Positions 37,472-48,900 are shown, counted from the stretch's first letter. The stretch: 64,000 bases of DNA from an uncultured beta proteobacterium (GCA_963846655.1 CAWJWT010000012.1:32341-96340); one strand, 5' to 3'. The notes: generated from the sequence alone by a model not told the origin. Translations and numbers: made by a program.

Positions 37472-38290
37472 TTATCGGGCGCGGGCGAATTTCATGCTGC
37501 CGCCGTCTCCGGGAAGGTCCAGAAACAGGATATCGCCCCGGATGCGCTGGCCCACGGCAGCCGCCAGGCCCTTCAGATAGCGATCGGCCATCGAACCCGC
37601 GGCACAGGCGGCCTTGGGCATGCGCGCGAGCTTGATGGCAATGGCGCGGCCTTCCAGCTTGTAGGCAGCCTGGCCGCGATTGCAGTCGGCGCGCACCGCT
37701 GCCTTGCCATCGCCCTGCAATTCCAGCGTGTAGCGTTCCGGTTGGTCCACCGAAATTTTCTCAGTCTCGGAGACGAGGCTTTCCCAGCGCCAGAGGCCAC
37801 TCGCGTTGACTGCACCCAGCACGGGCATGGTGGCCGCGGCAGACGCCGCCTGCCGGGTTGCCTGCCGCTGCAGTTGCAGGCTAGTGGCGCCAAGCTGTGC
37901 AGCGGACTCCGCCATGAGTTGCAGCGCGTCGCCCTGCTTGACGAAACGCAGCGTGCGCGGCTCCACCGGCGCGCCGTCCCTGCGTTCGATGACGACGTCG
38001 ATCTGCTCGACCGACACCGCGTTCCAGCGGCCTTCTTCGACGACGGGCGCCCGGTTGTTGCGGTGGTCGGTCATCATGCTCAGGGTGCCATCGGTTTTGA
38101 GGCGCAATTCGATTTTGCGCGGCGCCCCGGTTGCCACGGCCAGTTCGCCGCGATAAGTGGCCATCGCCGTCGCGGCATACGCGGCGCTGCGCGGAAACAG
38201 CACCAACACCATGGCGGCCACGATTGCCACGAGGGTCAGGCGCACGAGATGCGCGTGTTCAAACATCATGATTGCAATTGCGTGGAGCAA
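37472..38290 (-). CDS. membrane-anchored protein with a C-terminal META (HslJ-like) domain
   Basis: 272 aa with an N-terminal hydrophobic helix. The C-terminal part (WRWESLVSETEKISVDQPERYTLELQGDGKAAVRADCNRG...) resembles META domains. Confidence 0.6.
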   Translation of the reverse strand: MLHAIAIMMFEHAHLVRLTLVAIVAAMVLVLFPRSAAYAATAMATYRGELAVATGAPRKIELRLKTDGTLSMMTDHRNNRAPVVEEGRWNAVSVEQIDVVIERRDGAPVEPRTLRFVKQGDALQLMAESAAQLGATSLQLQRQATRQAASAAATMPVLGAVNASGLWRWESLVSETEKISVDQPERYTLELQGDGKAAVRADCNRGQAAYKLEGRAIAIKLARMPKAACAAGSMADRYLKGLAAAVGQRIRGDILFLDLPGDGGSMKFARAR

Positions 38291-38430
38291 CTCTCATTGT
38301 AAAAAAATCCCTGCGAAAACGCATGACCGGACTGTTCGCGGCCAGGTCACCGCGTGGCACCGTTGCAGTTTCCTTGGGCGCCGCTTCAGGCGCATCTTCC
38401 CGCCACGGCGCGTACATGGCAAGCGTGCGG

Positions 38431-39399
38431 TCATGCCTTGGCAAGCTCGCGCGCGAAGACCGCGCGGTCCAGGTTTGAACCGCTGAGCACGACGGCGGCT
38501 TTTTTGCCCGCCAGCAGGCCGCGCTCCTTGATGGCGGCGGCGAGCGGCGCCGCGCCCGCGCCCTCGGCCACGTTGTGCGTGGCCGAATACATGAGCCGCA
38601 TGGCGTCCTCGATTTCATCGTCGCTCACCTGCACGATCCTCGCCAGATGCTGCCACAGGATTTCGAGTGCCTGCGGCTCCGGCGTGCGGCAGGCCATGCC
38701 ATCGGCCACGCGGGTTGTAACCGCATGCTCGACCGCGCGACGCTGTTCGAACGAAAGTGCGTAGGCCGGTGCGTGCTCCGAAACGACGCCGACGATTTCC
38801 GCGCGATGTCCGAGCGCCTTGCGCGCGGCAATCATGCCGCAGACGCCCGAGCCGAGCCCGATCGGCACGTACACGACGTCCAGATCCGGCACCGTCTGCA
38901 GCAGCTCCAGCGAATAGGAGGCCACGCCGTGAACCAGCAGCGGATGAAACGAGGGCACCATGTGCAGGCCGCGTTGCTGCGCAATCCACGCCGCGCGTTC
39001 CCTGGCCGCCTGGAAATCCTCGCCGTGTTCGATCAGCTCGACGCCGAGTGCGCGCATCGAGGCGTTCTTTTCCACGCTGTTGCCGTGCGGCACGACGATG
39101 GTGGCGGGGATGCCGTACTGGCGCGCGGCATAGCCGACCGACTGGCCGTGATTGCCGCGTGTTGCGCTGATGACGCCGGCGGGTCGGCCTTTGCGCTGCG
39201 CGAAATCGCGGAAATAGACCAGGCCGCCGCGCAGCTTGAACGCCCCGATCGGCGTGTGGTTCTCGTGCTTGACCCAGATCTCGGCGCCGAGCGCCGGCTT
39301 GAGCAATGGCCAGGCGTACTGCGGTGTCGGCGGCATGCTCTCGTAGACGATCGCCGCGGCCGTTTGCAGGGTCTTCAGTGAGGGCAGGAATTCTTTCAT
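38431..39399 (-). CDS. PLP-dependent threonine/serine dehydratase
   Basis: 322 aa with the PLP-lysine context HENHTPIGAFKLRGG and the glycine loop GLGSGVCG. Confidence 0.85.
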   Translation of the reverse strand: MKEFLPSLKTLQTAAAIVYESMPPTPQYAWPLLKPALGAEIWVKHENHTPIGAFKLRGGLVYFRDFAQRKGRPAGVISATRGNHGQSVGYAARQYGIPATIVVPHGNSVEKNASMRALGVELIEHGEDFQAARERAAWIAQQRGLHMVPSFHPLLVHGVASYSLELLQTVPDLDVVYVPIGLGSGVCGMIAARKALGHRAEIVGVVSEHAPAYALSFEQRRAVEHAVTTRVADGMACRTPEPQALEILWQHLARIVQVSDDEIEDAMRLMYSATHNVAEGAGAAPLAAAIKERGLLAGKKAAVVLSGSNLDRAVFARELAKA

Positions 39400-39420
39400 G
39401 TCGGCATTGTATGCGACGGC

Positions 39421-39993
39421 GGTTTCACCAACCTAAGACACTTCTAACGCAGAGGCGCGGAGAACGCGGAGAACGCGGAGAAAGCAGAATGATTGTCGAG
39501 GCGGTTGACGTCTGCCGCATCTCATTCTTCATCCAGTCTTCTTTTCCTCTGCGTCCTCCGCGTTCTCTGCGCCTCCGCGTTGGGTGTTGCGCTCGGAGGT
39601 ATGCGACGCTGTTTCGACAGACAACTTCTCAACGCAGAGGCGCAGAGAACGCAGAGAAAAAACTGGAACTGACGTGAGTAGAGGCGCCGCACACTCTGCC
39701 ACGGACACATTTCCCGCAATATTTCAGGACATCTCATTCTTTCTCCCCTTTTTCTTCCTTGTCCTCCGCGTTCTCTGCCTCCGCGTTGGGTGTTGCGCTA
39801 GGCGGTTTCACCAACCTAAGACAACTTCTCAACGCAGAGGCGCGGAGAACGCAGAGAAAGCACAGCAATCAATGTGTGTCGAGGCGCCGCATTTTTTGCC
39901 ACAGTCCCATTTGCGCGGACATCTCATTCTTCATCCGGTCTTCTTTTCCTCTGCGTCCTCCGCGTTCTTTGCGCCTCCGCGTTGGGTGTTGCA
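39421..39993. repeat. three head-to-tail copies of a palindromic element of about 190 bp
   Basis: Units start near 39421, 39607 and 39804. Each has CAACGCAGAGGCGCRGAGAACGC(R)GAGAAA on the left and its near-perfect reverse complement GCGTTCTCTGCGCCTCCGCGTTG on the right, followed by GGTGTTGC. Copies 1 and 3 also share GGTTTCACCAACCTAAGACA. Confidence 0.9.
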
Positions 39994-41310
39994 CTATGAA
40001 AGGGTATTCCAGACACGCTCGCCCATGACATAAGTGGCGCCGACTTCCCGGTCGTCCCCCAGCATCATCAGTGCGAACAGGCGCTCGGCGGGCGTGCGCG
40101 CGGTTTGCATGCGCCGGGCGATCAGCGGCGTGGAATCCATGCGCAACACCACGAAATCGGCCTCGCGCCCCGGCGCGAAGCTGCCGATGCGATCGTCGAG
40201 CCCGAGGGCCCTGGCGCCGCCGAGTGTTGCGAGATAGAAACTGCGCCACGGCGTGAGCCGGTGGCCGCGCAGTTGCGCGACTTTGTAGGTTTCGGCCAGG
40301 GTGCGCAGCATGCTGAAACTGGTGCCGCCGCCGACGTCGGTGCCCAGTCCGGTTCGCATGCCATGGTGCCGCGCTGCTGCGAAATCGAACAGGCCGCTGC
40401 CGAGGAACAGGTTCGAGGTGGCGCACACCGCTGCGGCAGCGCCGGTATGCGCCATGCGCTGTCGATCCTCGTCGTCGAGATGAATACAATGCGCGTAAAC
40501 CGCGCGCTCTCGCAACAAGCCAAAGCGTTCATAGACGTCCAGATAGCTGCGCGCCTGCGGAAACAGCTCGCGCACCCATTTCACTTCCGCCAGATTCTCG
40601 GCCAGGTGGCTATGGATGAATACATCGGGATGTTCGGCCGCGAGCCGGCCGGCCGCTTCGAGTTGGGCTTCCGAGGACGTGACCGCGAAGCGCGGCGTAA
40701 TGGCGTAATGCAGCCGGCCCTGTCCATGCCATTTCTCGATCAGGGATGCGGAATCCCGGTAGCCGCTCTGCGCGGTGTCGCGCAGGTGTTCCGGGCAGTT
40801 GCGGTCCATCAACACCTTGCCGGCGACCATGCGCAGGTTGCGCGCAGCGGCCTCCGCGAAGAAAGCCTCGACCGAGACGGCATGCACCGTGCCGAACACC
40901 AAGGCCGTGGTCGTGCCGTTGCGCAACAGTTCGTCGAGGAAAAAGCGCGAGCACTCCTTCGCATGCGCCGGGTCGGCAAAACGATGCTCCGCCGGATAAA
41001 CGTGGTCGTCGAGCCAGTCGAGCAACTGCGCGGCACAGGCCGCGATCATGTCGGTCTGCGGGTAATGAATGTGGGTATCGATGAAGCCGGGCAACAACAG
41101 CCGGTTGGAATAATCGACGATCTGCGTGCCCGCAGGCAGGGCGGGAAGCAGCAGACGTGCCTCATCGGCCGCCTTGACGTGACCGTTCTCGACCAGCAAC
41201 AGGCCGTCATCGAAATACTGCACCGCGGGTGCGGCATCGCCATCGCCCGGGTCGCCGAGAAAATGCAGCACGCTACCGCGGTAGGCTCGCAGCGCTGGCC
41301 AGGACGTCAT
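39994..41310 (-). CDS. guaD: guanine deaminase
   Basis: The ORF is 39994..41418. The preferred start is MTSWPALRAYRG at 41310. Motifs are PGFIDTHIHYPQ, HLAENLAEV and GTDVGGG. Confidence 0.9.
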   Translation of the reverse strand: MTSWPALRAYRGSVLHFLGDPGDGDAAPAVQYFDDGLLLVENGHVKAADEARLLLPALPAGTQIVDYSNRLLLPGFIDTHIHYPQTDMIAACAAQLLDWLDDHVYPAEHRFADPAHAKECSRFFLDELLRNGTTTALVFGTVHAVSVEAFFAEAAARNLRMVAGKVLMDRNCPEHLRDTAQSGYRDSASLIEKWHGQGRLHYAITPRFAVTSSEAQLEAAGRLAAEHPDVFIHSHLAENLAEVKWVRELFPQARSYLDVYERFGLLRERAVYAHCIHLDDEDRQRMAHTGAAAAVCATSNLFLGSGLFDFAAARHHGMRTGLGTDVGGGTSFSMLRTLAETYKVAQLRGHRLTPWRSFYLATLGGARALGLDDRIGSFAPGREADFVVLRMDSTPLIARRMQTARTPAERLFALMMLGDDREVGATYVMGERVWNTLS

Positions 41311-41454
41311 GGGGTCCCTGCGCGATTCATTCTGCGCAGCGGGGCGCCGACGTCTGGTTGGAATCGTCTTGATTGCACCTGTAGAGCTCCCCCTGACGCG
41401 GGTTACATGAAGACCCAATGCACAGCGCGGCGCGCTTTGCTTTCTTGTTCTCGT

Positions 41455-42228
41455 TCAGGCGCCGTACACGCCGCCGTTGATATCGAGCGTGGCGCCGGTG
41501 ATGAAGCCGTCGAACTCGCTGGCGAAAAATACCGCGGCGCGCGCCACATCGTCGGCGTTTCCGCCGCGCCCGAGCGGGATGCCGGCGACCGTGGCCCGGG
41601 CGGATTCCGGCGTCGTGTGCGTGTTGTGGAAACTGGTGCCGAGAATCATGCCGGGGGCGATAGCGTTGACGCGCACGCCTTGTGGGCCGAGCTCGTTGGC
41701 CAGGGCCCGCGTGAACGTGAGAATGGCGCCTTTGGCGGTCGAGTAAACCAGCGACCCCGGATGGCCGCCCTTGCGGCCGGCGAGCGAGGAAAGATTGACG
41801 ATGCTGGCGCCGCCGCCCGTCTTCGCAGCCGCGATCAGGTGCGGTGCGGCAGCACGCGTGATGCGCCGCGCGCTGTCCACATTGAGCGACAAGACCTCCG
41901 CCCAGAATGCGTCGTCGGCTTCCGCCAGGGTTCTGCGCGCGATCAGCGACCCCGCATTGTTGATCAGCACGTCCAGCCCGCCCAGAAACTTCACGGCCTC
42001 GGCGACGAGGCGGTCGCATTCGGCCGCTTGCGTGAGATCCGCGGCAGCGTGTGCATAGCGACGGCCCAGTTTCTGCGCGTGCGCCTCCAGGTCGCGCGCC
42101 GCTTCTGCGCTGCTGCGGTAGTGAACGACTACGTCGCAGCCGGCTGCGAGCAACTGGCGGCTGATCGCAAGACCGATGCCCTGGGCGCCCGCGGTGACGA
42201 GGGCGCGTTTGCCATGGAGTTTATGCAT
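41455..42228 (-). CDS. SDR family oxidoreductase
   Basis: 257 aa with TAGAQGIG, NNAG and YSTAKGA motifs. Confidence 0.9.
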   Translation of the reverse strand: MHKLHGKRALVTAGAQGIGLAISRQLLAAGCDVVVHYRSSAEAARDLEAHAQKLGRRYAHAAADLTQAAECDRLVAEAVKFLGGLDVLINNAGSLIARRTLAEADDAFWAEVLSLNVDSARRITRAAAPHLIAAAKTGGGASIVNLSSLAGRKGGHPGSLVYSTAKGAILTFTRALANELGPQGVRVNAIAPGMILGTSFHNTHTTPESARATVAGIPLGRGGNADDVARAAVFFASEFDGFITGATLDINGGVYGA

Positions 42229-42399
42229 TGGGAGGCCGCCGTAACTTTGCTGAGGACGTCATCATAGATCAGCCCGCCGGTTGCGGCCCGTGGCGGGTCC
42301 TTCGCGGCTGCGCAGACATTCGGCCGAAGCCAGGGTCGGCGGCCTGATCGAGGCTACCCTTTGCCGTCGAACCGCATTACGTGTTCAGATAGCGATTGC

Positions 42400-44808
42400 A
42401 TGACTCAAAAAGAAGAACCAGCAGTCCCCGATTTCGAGCCGGCTTCCGATGTCGAGGCCGAATTGCAACGGCAGAAGACCGCGCTGCTCTACCGGAACTC
42501 GAAAATCGTCCTGGGCGTAACGATCGTCAACGCTTCGTTGCTCGCCTACGTCAACACCACGTTGCACGCGTCAGCCGGATACGCCCTTTTGTGGTGGAGC
42601 GCTCTGGTGTGCATCACCGCGGCGCGTTTCCTGCTGACCCGCCGTTTCCTGGCGGCGCGCCCCGATGCCGGCGCGGCGCCCCTGTGGCGCCGCCGCTATA
42701 TCACCGGCACTGCCATGGCTGCGACCACGTGGGCGGCGGGGACGGTCTTGTTCGTGTGGGATGCACCGGTCGGCGCAAGTTTATTCACCGGACTGGTCGT
42801 GGCCGGCATGGTGGCCGGTGCGGTGCCCACGCTGGCGCCTGTACCCGCCGCGTTCCGGACGTTCAAGCTGCTGGTGCTGGTGCCGGCGGCGGCTGCGGTC
42901 CTCCTGCAGGCGGATTCGGTGCTGGGCTGGGCATTCGGATTGATGATCCTGATTTTTCTGGGCGGGATGATGTTGAGCGCACGCTACCTGCACGAAGTGC
43001 TCGAGGTTTCGATTCGGCTGGGCTTGACGCAGGGCCGTCTGGTTGCGCAGGTCGAGCAGGCGCGGGATACCGCGGAAGCGGCCCTGGCGGAACGCAAGCG
43101 CGCGCAAGCGACGTTGCAGGCAAGCGAGCAGCGCTCGCGCATCATCCTGCAGCATTCGCCCACCGGCATCCTGCATTACGACAACGACCTCGTCGTCACC
43201 TACTGCAACGATCGCATCGTGCACATCCTGCGGCTTTCCCGAGAGGATCTGCTGGGCTGCGACATGGTGGCGATTGCGGATCCGCGCGTGCTTCCCGCGC
43301 TGCGGGCCGCCATCGAGGGCAGGCAGGGCTCCTACGAGGGCGAACTCATCGTGAGCCGTAACGACACGCGCGTCTGGGTGGCGATGTCCTGCATACCTTT
43401 TCACAGCGACCGGGGCCTGGACGAGGGCGGCATCGCGTTCATCGAAGACATCACCGAGCGCCGGCGCTCCGAGGATGAGATCCGCAACCTGGCTTACTAC
43501 GACCCGCTGACCCGCCTGCCCAACCGGCGCCTGATGCTCGATCGCCTCGGGCACGCGATGACGGCCAGCAATCGCAGCCGGGAATTCGGCGCGCTGATGA
43601 TCCTGGACCTGGATCATTTCAAGAGCATCAACGACACCCAGGGCCATGATGTCGGCGATCGTCTGCTGCTCGAAGTGGCACAGCGGCTGAGCGCTTGCCT
43701 GCGGCAGGGCGACACCGTGGCCCGGCTGGGCGGCGACGAGTACGTGATCGTGCTGGAGGGGTTGGGCGACACGGAGCAGGTCGCGGCGACGTACGCGGAG
43801 AACGTGGCGGAGAAAATTCGCCTGGCGATCAATCTGCCGTATGTGCTCGGGGGCAACGAGGCCGAGTACTTCAATACCACCAGCATCGGCGTGACCTTGT
43901 TCTGCGGCCAGGGCGAGGTCGCGGAGACTTTGCTCAAACAGGCCGACCTCGCCCTCTACCAGGCCAAGGGCGCGGGCCGCAACGCGATCCGTTTTTTCAA
44001 CCCCGCCATGCAACAGGCGATCGAAACCCGCACCAGCCTCACGGGGGCGCTGCGACGCGGACTGGAGAAAGGCGAATTCCTGCTGCATTACCAGCCGCAG
44101 GTCGATCGCAACGGCCGCTTGATCGGCGCCGAGGCGCTGATCCGCTGGGTGTCGGCGGAACAGGGACTGATCTCGCCCGCCCAGTTCATTCCGCTGGCGG
44201 AAGAATCGGGGTTGATCCTGGCGATGGGCCAATGGGTGCTGGATACCGCGTGTGCGCAGCTCAAGACCTGGGCGCGCAGCATTCACACGCGCGACTTGCG
44301 CCTGTCGGTCAACGTCAGCGCCCGCCAGTTCCATCAACCCGAGTTCGTCAAGGCGGTGCGCCAAAGCCTGCTCGCGAGCGGCGCCGACCCGGCACGGCTG
44401 AAACTCGAACTGACCGAGAGCGTAGTGCTCGACAATGTGGACACCGTCGTGAGCCGCATGCGGCAGATGAATGCCCTGGGCGTGGGCTTTGCACTGGATG
44501 ATTTCGGCATCGGTTATTCCTCGCTGTCCTACCTGAAGCGGCTGCCGCTCGATCAGGTCAAGATCGACCAGTCCTTCGTCCGCGATATTCCGGGTGATGC
44601 CAACGATGCCGCGATCGTGCGCGCCATCCTCGCCATGAGCCATTCGCTCGGGCTGGAAGTCGTCGCGGAGGGCGTGGAGACCGAGCAACAACGGGAATTT
44701 CTGGCGCTGCACGACTGCCACGGCTACCAGGGCTATCTGTTCAGCCGCCCGGTGCCGATCGACGAGTTCGAACAGTTCGCGACGCGGGCTCAGCACATCG
44801 CGCTGTAA
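42400..44808 (+). CDS. membrane-bound PAS-GGDEF-EAL cyclic-di-GMP signalling protein
   Basis: N-terminal multi-TM region, a PAS domain, GGDEY (RLGGDEYVIV), and EAL-domain motifs (EALIRW, DDFGIGYSSLSYL, KIDQSFV). The ATG is at 42400. The ORF track opens at TTG 42361. Confidence 0.9.
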   Translation: MTQKEEPAVPDFEPASDVEAELQRQKTALLYRNSKIVLGVTIVNASLLAYVNTTLHASAGYALLWWSALVCITAARFLLTRRFLAARPDAGAAPLWRRRYITGTAMAATTWAAGTVLFVWDAPVGASLFTGLVVAGMVAGAVPTLAPVPAAFRTFKLLVLVPAAAAVLLQADSVLGWAFGLMILIFLGGMMLSARYLHEVLEVSIRLGLTQGRLVAQVEQARDTAEAALAERKRAQATLQASEQRSRIILQHSPTGILHYDNDLVVTYCNDRIVHILRLSREDLLGCDMVAIADPRVLPALRAAIEGRQGSYEGELIVSRNDTRVWVAMSCIPFHSDRGLDEGGIAFIEDITERRRSEDEIRNLAYYDPLTRLPNRRLMLDRLGHAMTASNRSREFGALMILDLDHFKSINDTQGHDVGDRLLLEVAQRLSACLRQGDTVARLGGDEYVIVLEGLGDTEQVAATYAENVAEKIRLAINLPYVLGGNEAEYFNTTSIGVTLFCGQGEVAETLLKQADLALYQAKGAGRNAIRFFNPAMQQAIETRTSLTGALRRGLEKGEFLLHYQPQVDRNGRLIGAEALIRWVSAEQGLISPAQFIPLAEESGLILAMGQWVLDTACAQLKTWARSIHTRDLRLSVNVSARQFHQPEFVKAVRQSLLASGADPARLKLELTESVVLDNVDTVVSRMRQMNALGVGFALDDFGIGYSSLSYLKRLPLDQVKIDQSFVRDIPGDANDAAIVRAILAMSHSLGLEVVAEGVETEQQREFLALHDCHGYQGYLFSRPVPIDEFEQFATRAQHIAL

Positions 44809-45007
44809 GGGGGAAACCGTTGCAGTGCTGCGCTGCGCGGCGCAGACGTTTGAACCGGCTTCCGGCGCTCGCGGCCGAGCCGAATCGCTGCGGTGAGACT
44901 CGCATGGACTGCGACTTGTTGACCTTCGGCCCAGGGCATAGACTCGATATTGTCAGGGTGCTGCGCGTACGCCACGACATTCCCGTGCCAATGACAGGAG
45001 GTTTTCC

Positions 45008-45475
45008 ATGAAGCGCATTACTTCGGCCGTGTTTGCCACGGCGCTGTTTGTTTTTTCTGCGTTGGCAGCCGCGCAACGCATCGAGTTCATGAGTCCAGAC
45101 GGTCTGGTTCGTTCCGCATCGTTCTCGCAGGTCGGCACCGCTACCGGCGGAAAGCTTGTCTTCGTGAGCGGGCAGCTCGCCTGGGACGAGAAAGGGAAGA
45201 TCCAGTTTCCCGGCGACCTGCAAGCGCAGACCCGCCTCGCCTACGAGAACATGCGCATCGCGCTGGCCGCTGCCGGCGCGACGTTCGGCGATGTAATCAA
45301 GTACGGTGTTTTCGTGAAGGACCTGGATTCCCAGAAGTGGAAGACGATTTCGCAGGTGCGCCTGCAGGTGCTGACCCAGGAGCCCCGGCCGGTGAGCACC
45401 ATGGTCGGCGTCACAGGCTTCGTCGACCGCGAAGCGCTGATCGAGATCGAGGCTTACGCGCTCGTCAGGGAGTAA
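45008..45475 (+). CDS. RidA/YjgF family protein with a signal peptide
   Basis: 155 aa with AGGAGG upstream and the signal MKRITSAVFATALFVFSALAAAQ. RidA-like core: GQLAWDEKGKI...NMRIALAAAGATFGDVIKYGVFV. Confidence 0.8.
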   Translation: MKRITSAVFATALFVFSALAAAQRIEFMSPDGLVRSASFSQVGTATGGKLVFVSGQLAWDEKGKIQFPGDLQAQTRLAYENMRIALAAAGATFGDVIKYGVFVKDLDSQKWKTISQVRLQVLTQEPRPVSTMVGVTGFVDREALIEIEAYALVRE

Positions 45476-45540
45476 CCGCGCGGGGCTCACGCCGCCAGCA
45501 ACGCGGCTGCGTGCTGGCTGCGCCCCGGTTAAAGCGATAG

Positions 45541-45605
45541 CCTTCGCTGGCCACGGCCTAGCGGATGATTTCCGCCAGTCTTACGGGGGCCCGTGGCGTA
45601 TGACG
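45541..45605 (-). pseudogene. relic of a LysR-type regulator 3-prime end
   Basis: 45547-45580 matches 49359-49392 at 32 of 34 positions. The latter is the C-terminal coding end of the intact LysR gene. The minus-strand translation reads ..VRLAEIIR-stop-AVASEG, against ..LRLAEIIREAVASEC in the intact gene. Confidence 0.6.
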
Positions 45606-45963
45606 CAGGGGTCGAAGAGGCGGTCAAGTCAGTCCTTCGTCGCAGCCGGTGGACCTGAATAAATTGCCAACCTGAACAACGCCATAAAGCCAATCGCGGG
45701 AGCTAGAAGGGGAGGGTGCGTCACTTTGATGCCTGCAAGCTCCCCGCCGGGCCAACTCCCAAAGAAGCCGATATTTTGCGCCCGCCGCCCGAATTGCTGC
45801 TGCGCGGGCAGTGAGATAGGTTTACCCTGATGTTGAAGAATGTGGGAGAGCGAGGCGAAAGCCGGGCAAAGCGCCTGCATTGCCGGTTTCCCGTTGGATC
45901 CGTCCTTTGGCGTCGTGACGCATGCGGCGCTTCAAGGCGATCACGGGCACGCAAACGACTTTT

Positions 45964-48900
45964 ATGGAGCATCGCAATGGCCTACGAACGCTTTGGACAG
46001 CCCTGTGCGCACGGCCAGGCGCCAGACGGGGAGGCTTCTCTAACGAGCGCGAGCCCTGGCAGCGCGTTCTGGCCGAGGCGGCCCCGCGCGATCACATCGT
46101 GCAGCTCTATCAGGATCAGAACTTTCTCAATCGCGCCGTCTGTCGCTTCGCCGCCGCCGCGCTCGCCAACGGCGAGGGCGTCATCCTGGTGCCCACGCAA
46201 GAACACTGGAAGGCCTTTTGCCCGCGACTGGAGGCCGAAGGCGTGGATTTAAAGGCCGTCCAGCGCAACGGGCAACTCACCGTCGTCGACGCGGATCACC
46301 TCCTGCCGCAATTCATGCGGGATGGCATGCCGGACGCGCCCGTGTTCCTGGGTCTGGCCGCGGATGTGGTCGCCAGCAGCCGCGCCAAGGACCGCTACCC
46401 GAAGGTGCGCTGGTGGGGCGAGATGGTCAACATCCTGTGGGAGCGCGGCGACGTGGCCGCCAGCATGAACCTCGAGGATCTGTTCGACCAGCTCGCGCAC
46501 CAGGAGGACATCGCAATTTTCTGCTCGTTCCTGATGGATAACTTCGATGGCGAGGTGCATGCCCGGATGCTGCCCAGGCTCGGGGAGAATCACTCGCACC
46601 TGATCCCGGTGGAAGACTACGCGCGCCTCGAGATCGCAGTGGCCGACGCGCTGCGCGATACCGTGGGCGCCGACGAGGCCCGGGTTCTCGAAGAGCGGCT
46701 CCTGCAGAACTATCCCTCCCGTTTCCATATGCCGCGATCCCAGGCACTGTTGCTGGCCCTGGGCCAGGTCCTGCCGGGCGTAGCCGATGCAGTGCGCAAC
46801 AGGACCCGCGCTTTGTATAACGACCGCCGGCTAACACCGCGGATGACAATGCGCGCGTCGGCAGAGGATGGCTGGTTCAGCGGTCCCAGACACCTCGATG
46901 CGCGCACGAGCGCCGACCTGATCGGCATTCTCGAGACGATCGACCTCCCCATCATCGTGCTTGGGCGCGATTTCACGGTCGCCCGCTTCAACCTGCCGGC
47001 TGCTCACGCGCTTGGCCTCGAGCCTTCCCATATCGGTCGATCCCCGCGCGACATCGGCGTATTCAGCGACGTCGTTGATCTCGAGAAACTCTGTACCAAG
47101 GTGAATGCCGATGGGGCGCCCTACCGGCGCGAAGTCAGACTCGCAGACCGATGGTTTCTGCTGCGGATCGCCCCGTATTCCGCAGGGGAGGATTCGATTG
47201 GAGGCACGGTGCTCACGTTGACCAACGTGACCGCGTTTCGTGCCAGTGTCGAGCAGGCCATTTACGAGCGGGAGTTCACCAAGGCGATCCTCAATACGGT
47301 GATCCAGCCCCTGGTGGTTCTCGATGGCGACCTGCGGGTACAGACCGCCAATCGGGCCTTCTATGCCATGTTTCAGGTATCGCGCGAAGAAGCGCATGGT
47401 ATCCGGCTGGACGCCTTGCCGAAGCACGCCTGGGAGTCGCCCCGGTTGTGGCCGCTGTTGAAGGACGCTTTGCTCGACGACAAGGCGTTCCAGACCCTCG
47501 AAATCGAGCATGCCTTCCCGGCGATTGGAAGTCGGACGTTGCTGATCGACGCGCGAAAATTAACCCGCGAAGGTGATTCCGGAAATCTGTTACTCCTTGC
47601 GTTCCAGGATATTTCCGAGCGCAACAAAGCGGACGCGGCGCTGCGCGCTTCGGAAGAACGGTTCCGCATGTTGTTCAGTTCGATGGACGAGGGATTCTGT
47701 ACGGTCGAAGTGCTGTTCGATGAACACCAGTACCCGATTGACTACCGCTTTCTGGAAGTCAATGCCGCCTTCGAGAAAAAGACGGGCATCAAGGACGGCC
47801 AGGGACGGCTGATGCGTGAGATCGCCCCCGGCCACGAACAGCATTGGTTCGACATCTACGGCAAAATCGCATTGACCGGCGAACCCGCGCGCTTCGAGAG
47901 CTTCGCCCACGCGTTGCACCGATGGTACGACGTGTACGCCTTCCGGGTCGGACCTGCGGAAAAACGGCAGGTCGCCATTCTGTTCAACGACATCACCAAC
48001 CGACGGCGCATCGAGCAGGAGTTGCGCGACGCCGACCGGATCAAGGACGAATTTCTGGCAACGTTGTCCCACGAACTGCGTGGACCGCTCGCCCCGCTTC
48101 GCAACATGCTGGAAATCATCAAGCGCTCGAATGACCGTGTCGGGCCGATCCAGCAGGCCCACGCCACCATGGACCGGCAGTTAAGCCACATGACCCGGCT
48201 GATCAATGATCTGCTCGACGTCAGCCGCATCAGCCGCGGCCGGATCGAACTCCAGCGGAAACGCACTGAACTGGCTTCCGTGATCTATCAGGCGGTGGAA
48301 GCGTGCCGGCCGCTGGCCGAAAGCGCGGGGCATGAAGTCATCGTTGCACTGCCTTCCGAGCCCCTCCATCTCGATGCCGACGTGGTGCGCCTGGCGCAGG
48401 TGTTCGCCAACCTCCTCAACAACGCCTGCAAATACACCGAGTCGGGCGGCCGCATCGAGTTGAGCGCGGAAGTGGCCAGTGAGCCGCGTCCTGAAGTCGT
48501 GGTCAGGATCAAGGATTCCGGCGTAGGTATCCCGCCCGACAAACTGGACAGCATCTTCGGGATGTTCATCCAGGTCGATCGGTCGCTGGAGCGCGCGCAA
48601 GGCGGACTCGGTATCGGCCTGACGCTGGCCAAGCGCCTGGTCGAGATGCACGGTGGATCGATCAACGCGTTCAGCGCTGGAGCAGGCCGCGGCAGCGAGT
48701 TTACCGTGCGACTCCCGATCCTGATCGACCAGCCGCAGGCGCAGCAACCGTCCGGGAGCACCGCTCGCGAGCAGCCGGTTACGACCCACCGCCGCGTTCT
48801 GGTCGTCGACGACAATCGCGACAGCGCAGAGTCCCTGGCAATGCTATTGCAGATTTCCGGCCATGAAATCTGCCTCGCCCACGACGGCGTTGAAGCGGTG

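Noticed and set aside
42781-44796. 671-aa ORF antisense to the PAS-GGDEF-EAL gene
   Set aside because: The sense frame has GGDEF and EAL motifs. The antisense translation has none and shows a typical shadow-ORF composition.
45600-45960. Small ORFs (83 aa, minus strand) in the lower-GC gap upstream of the MEDS kinase
   Set aside because: They have no RBS, no recognisable motif and mutually overlapping frames. The region is more likely a promoter/leader or insertion scar.
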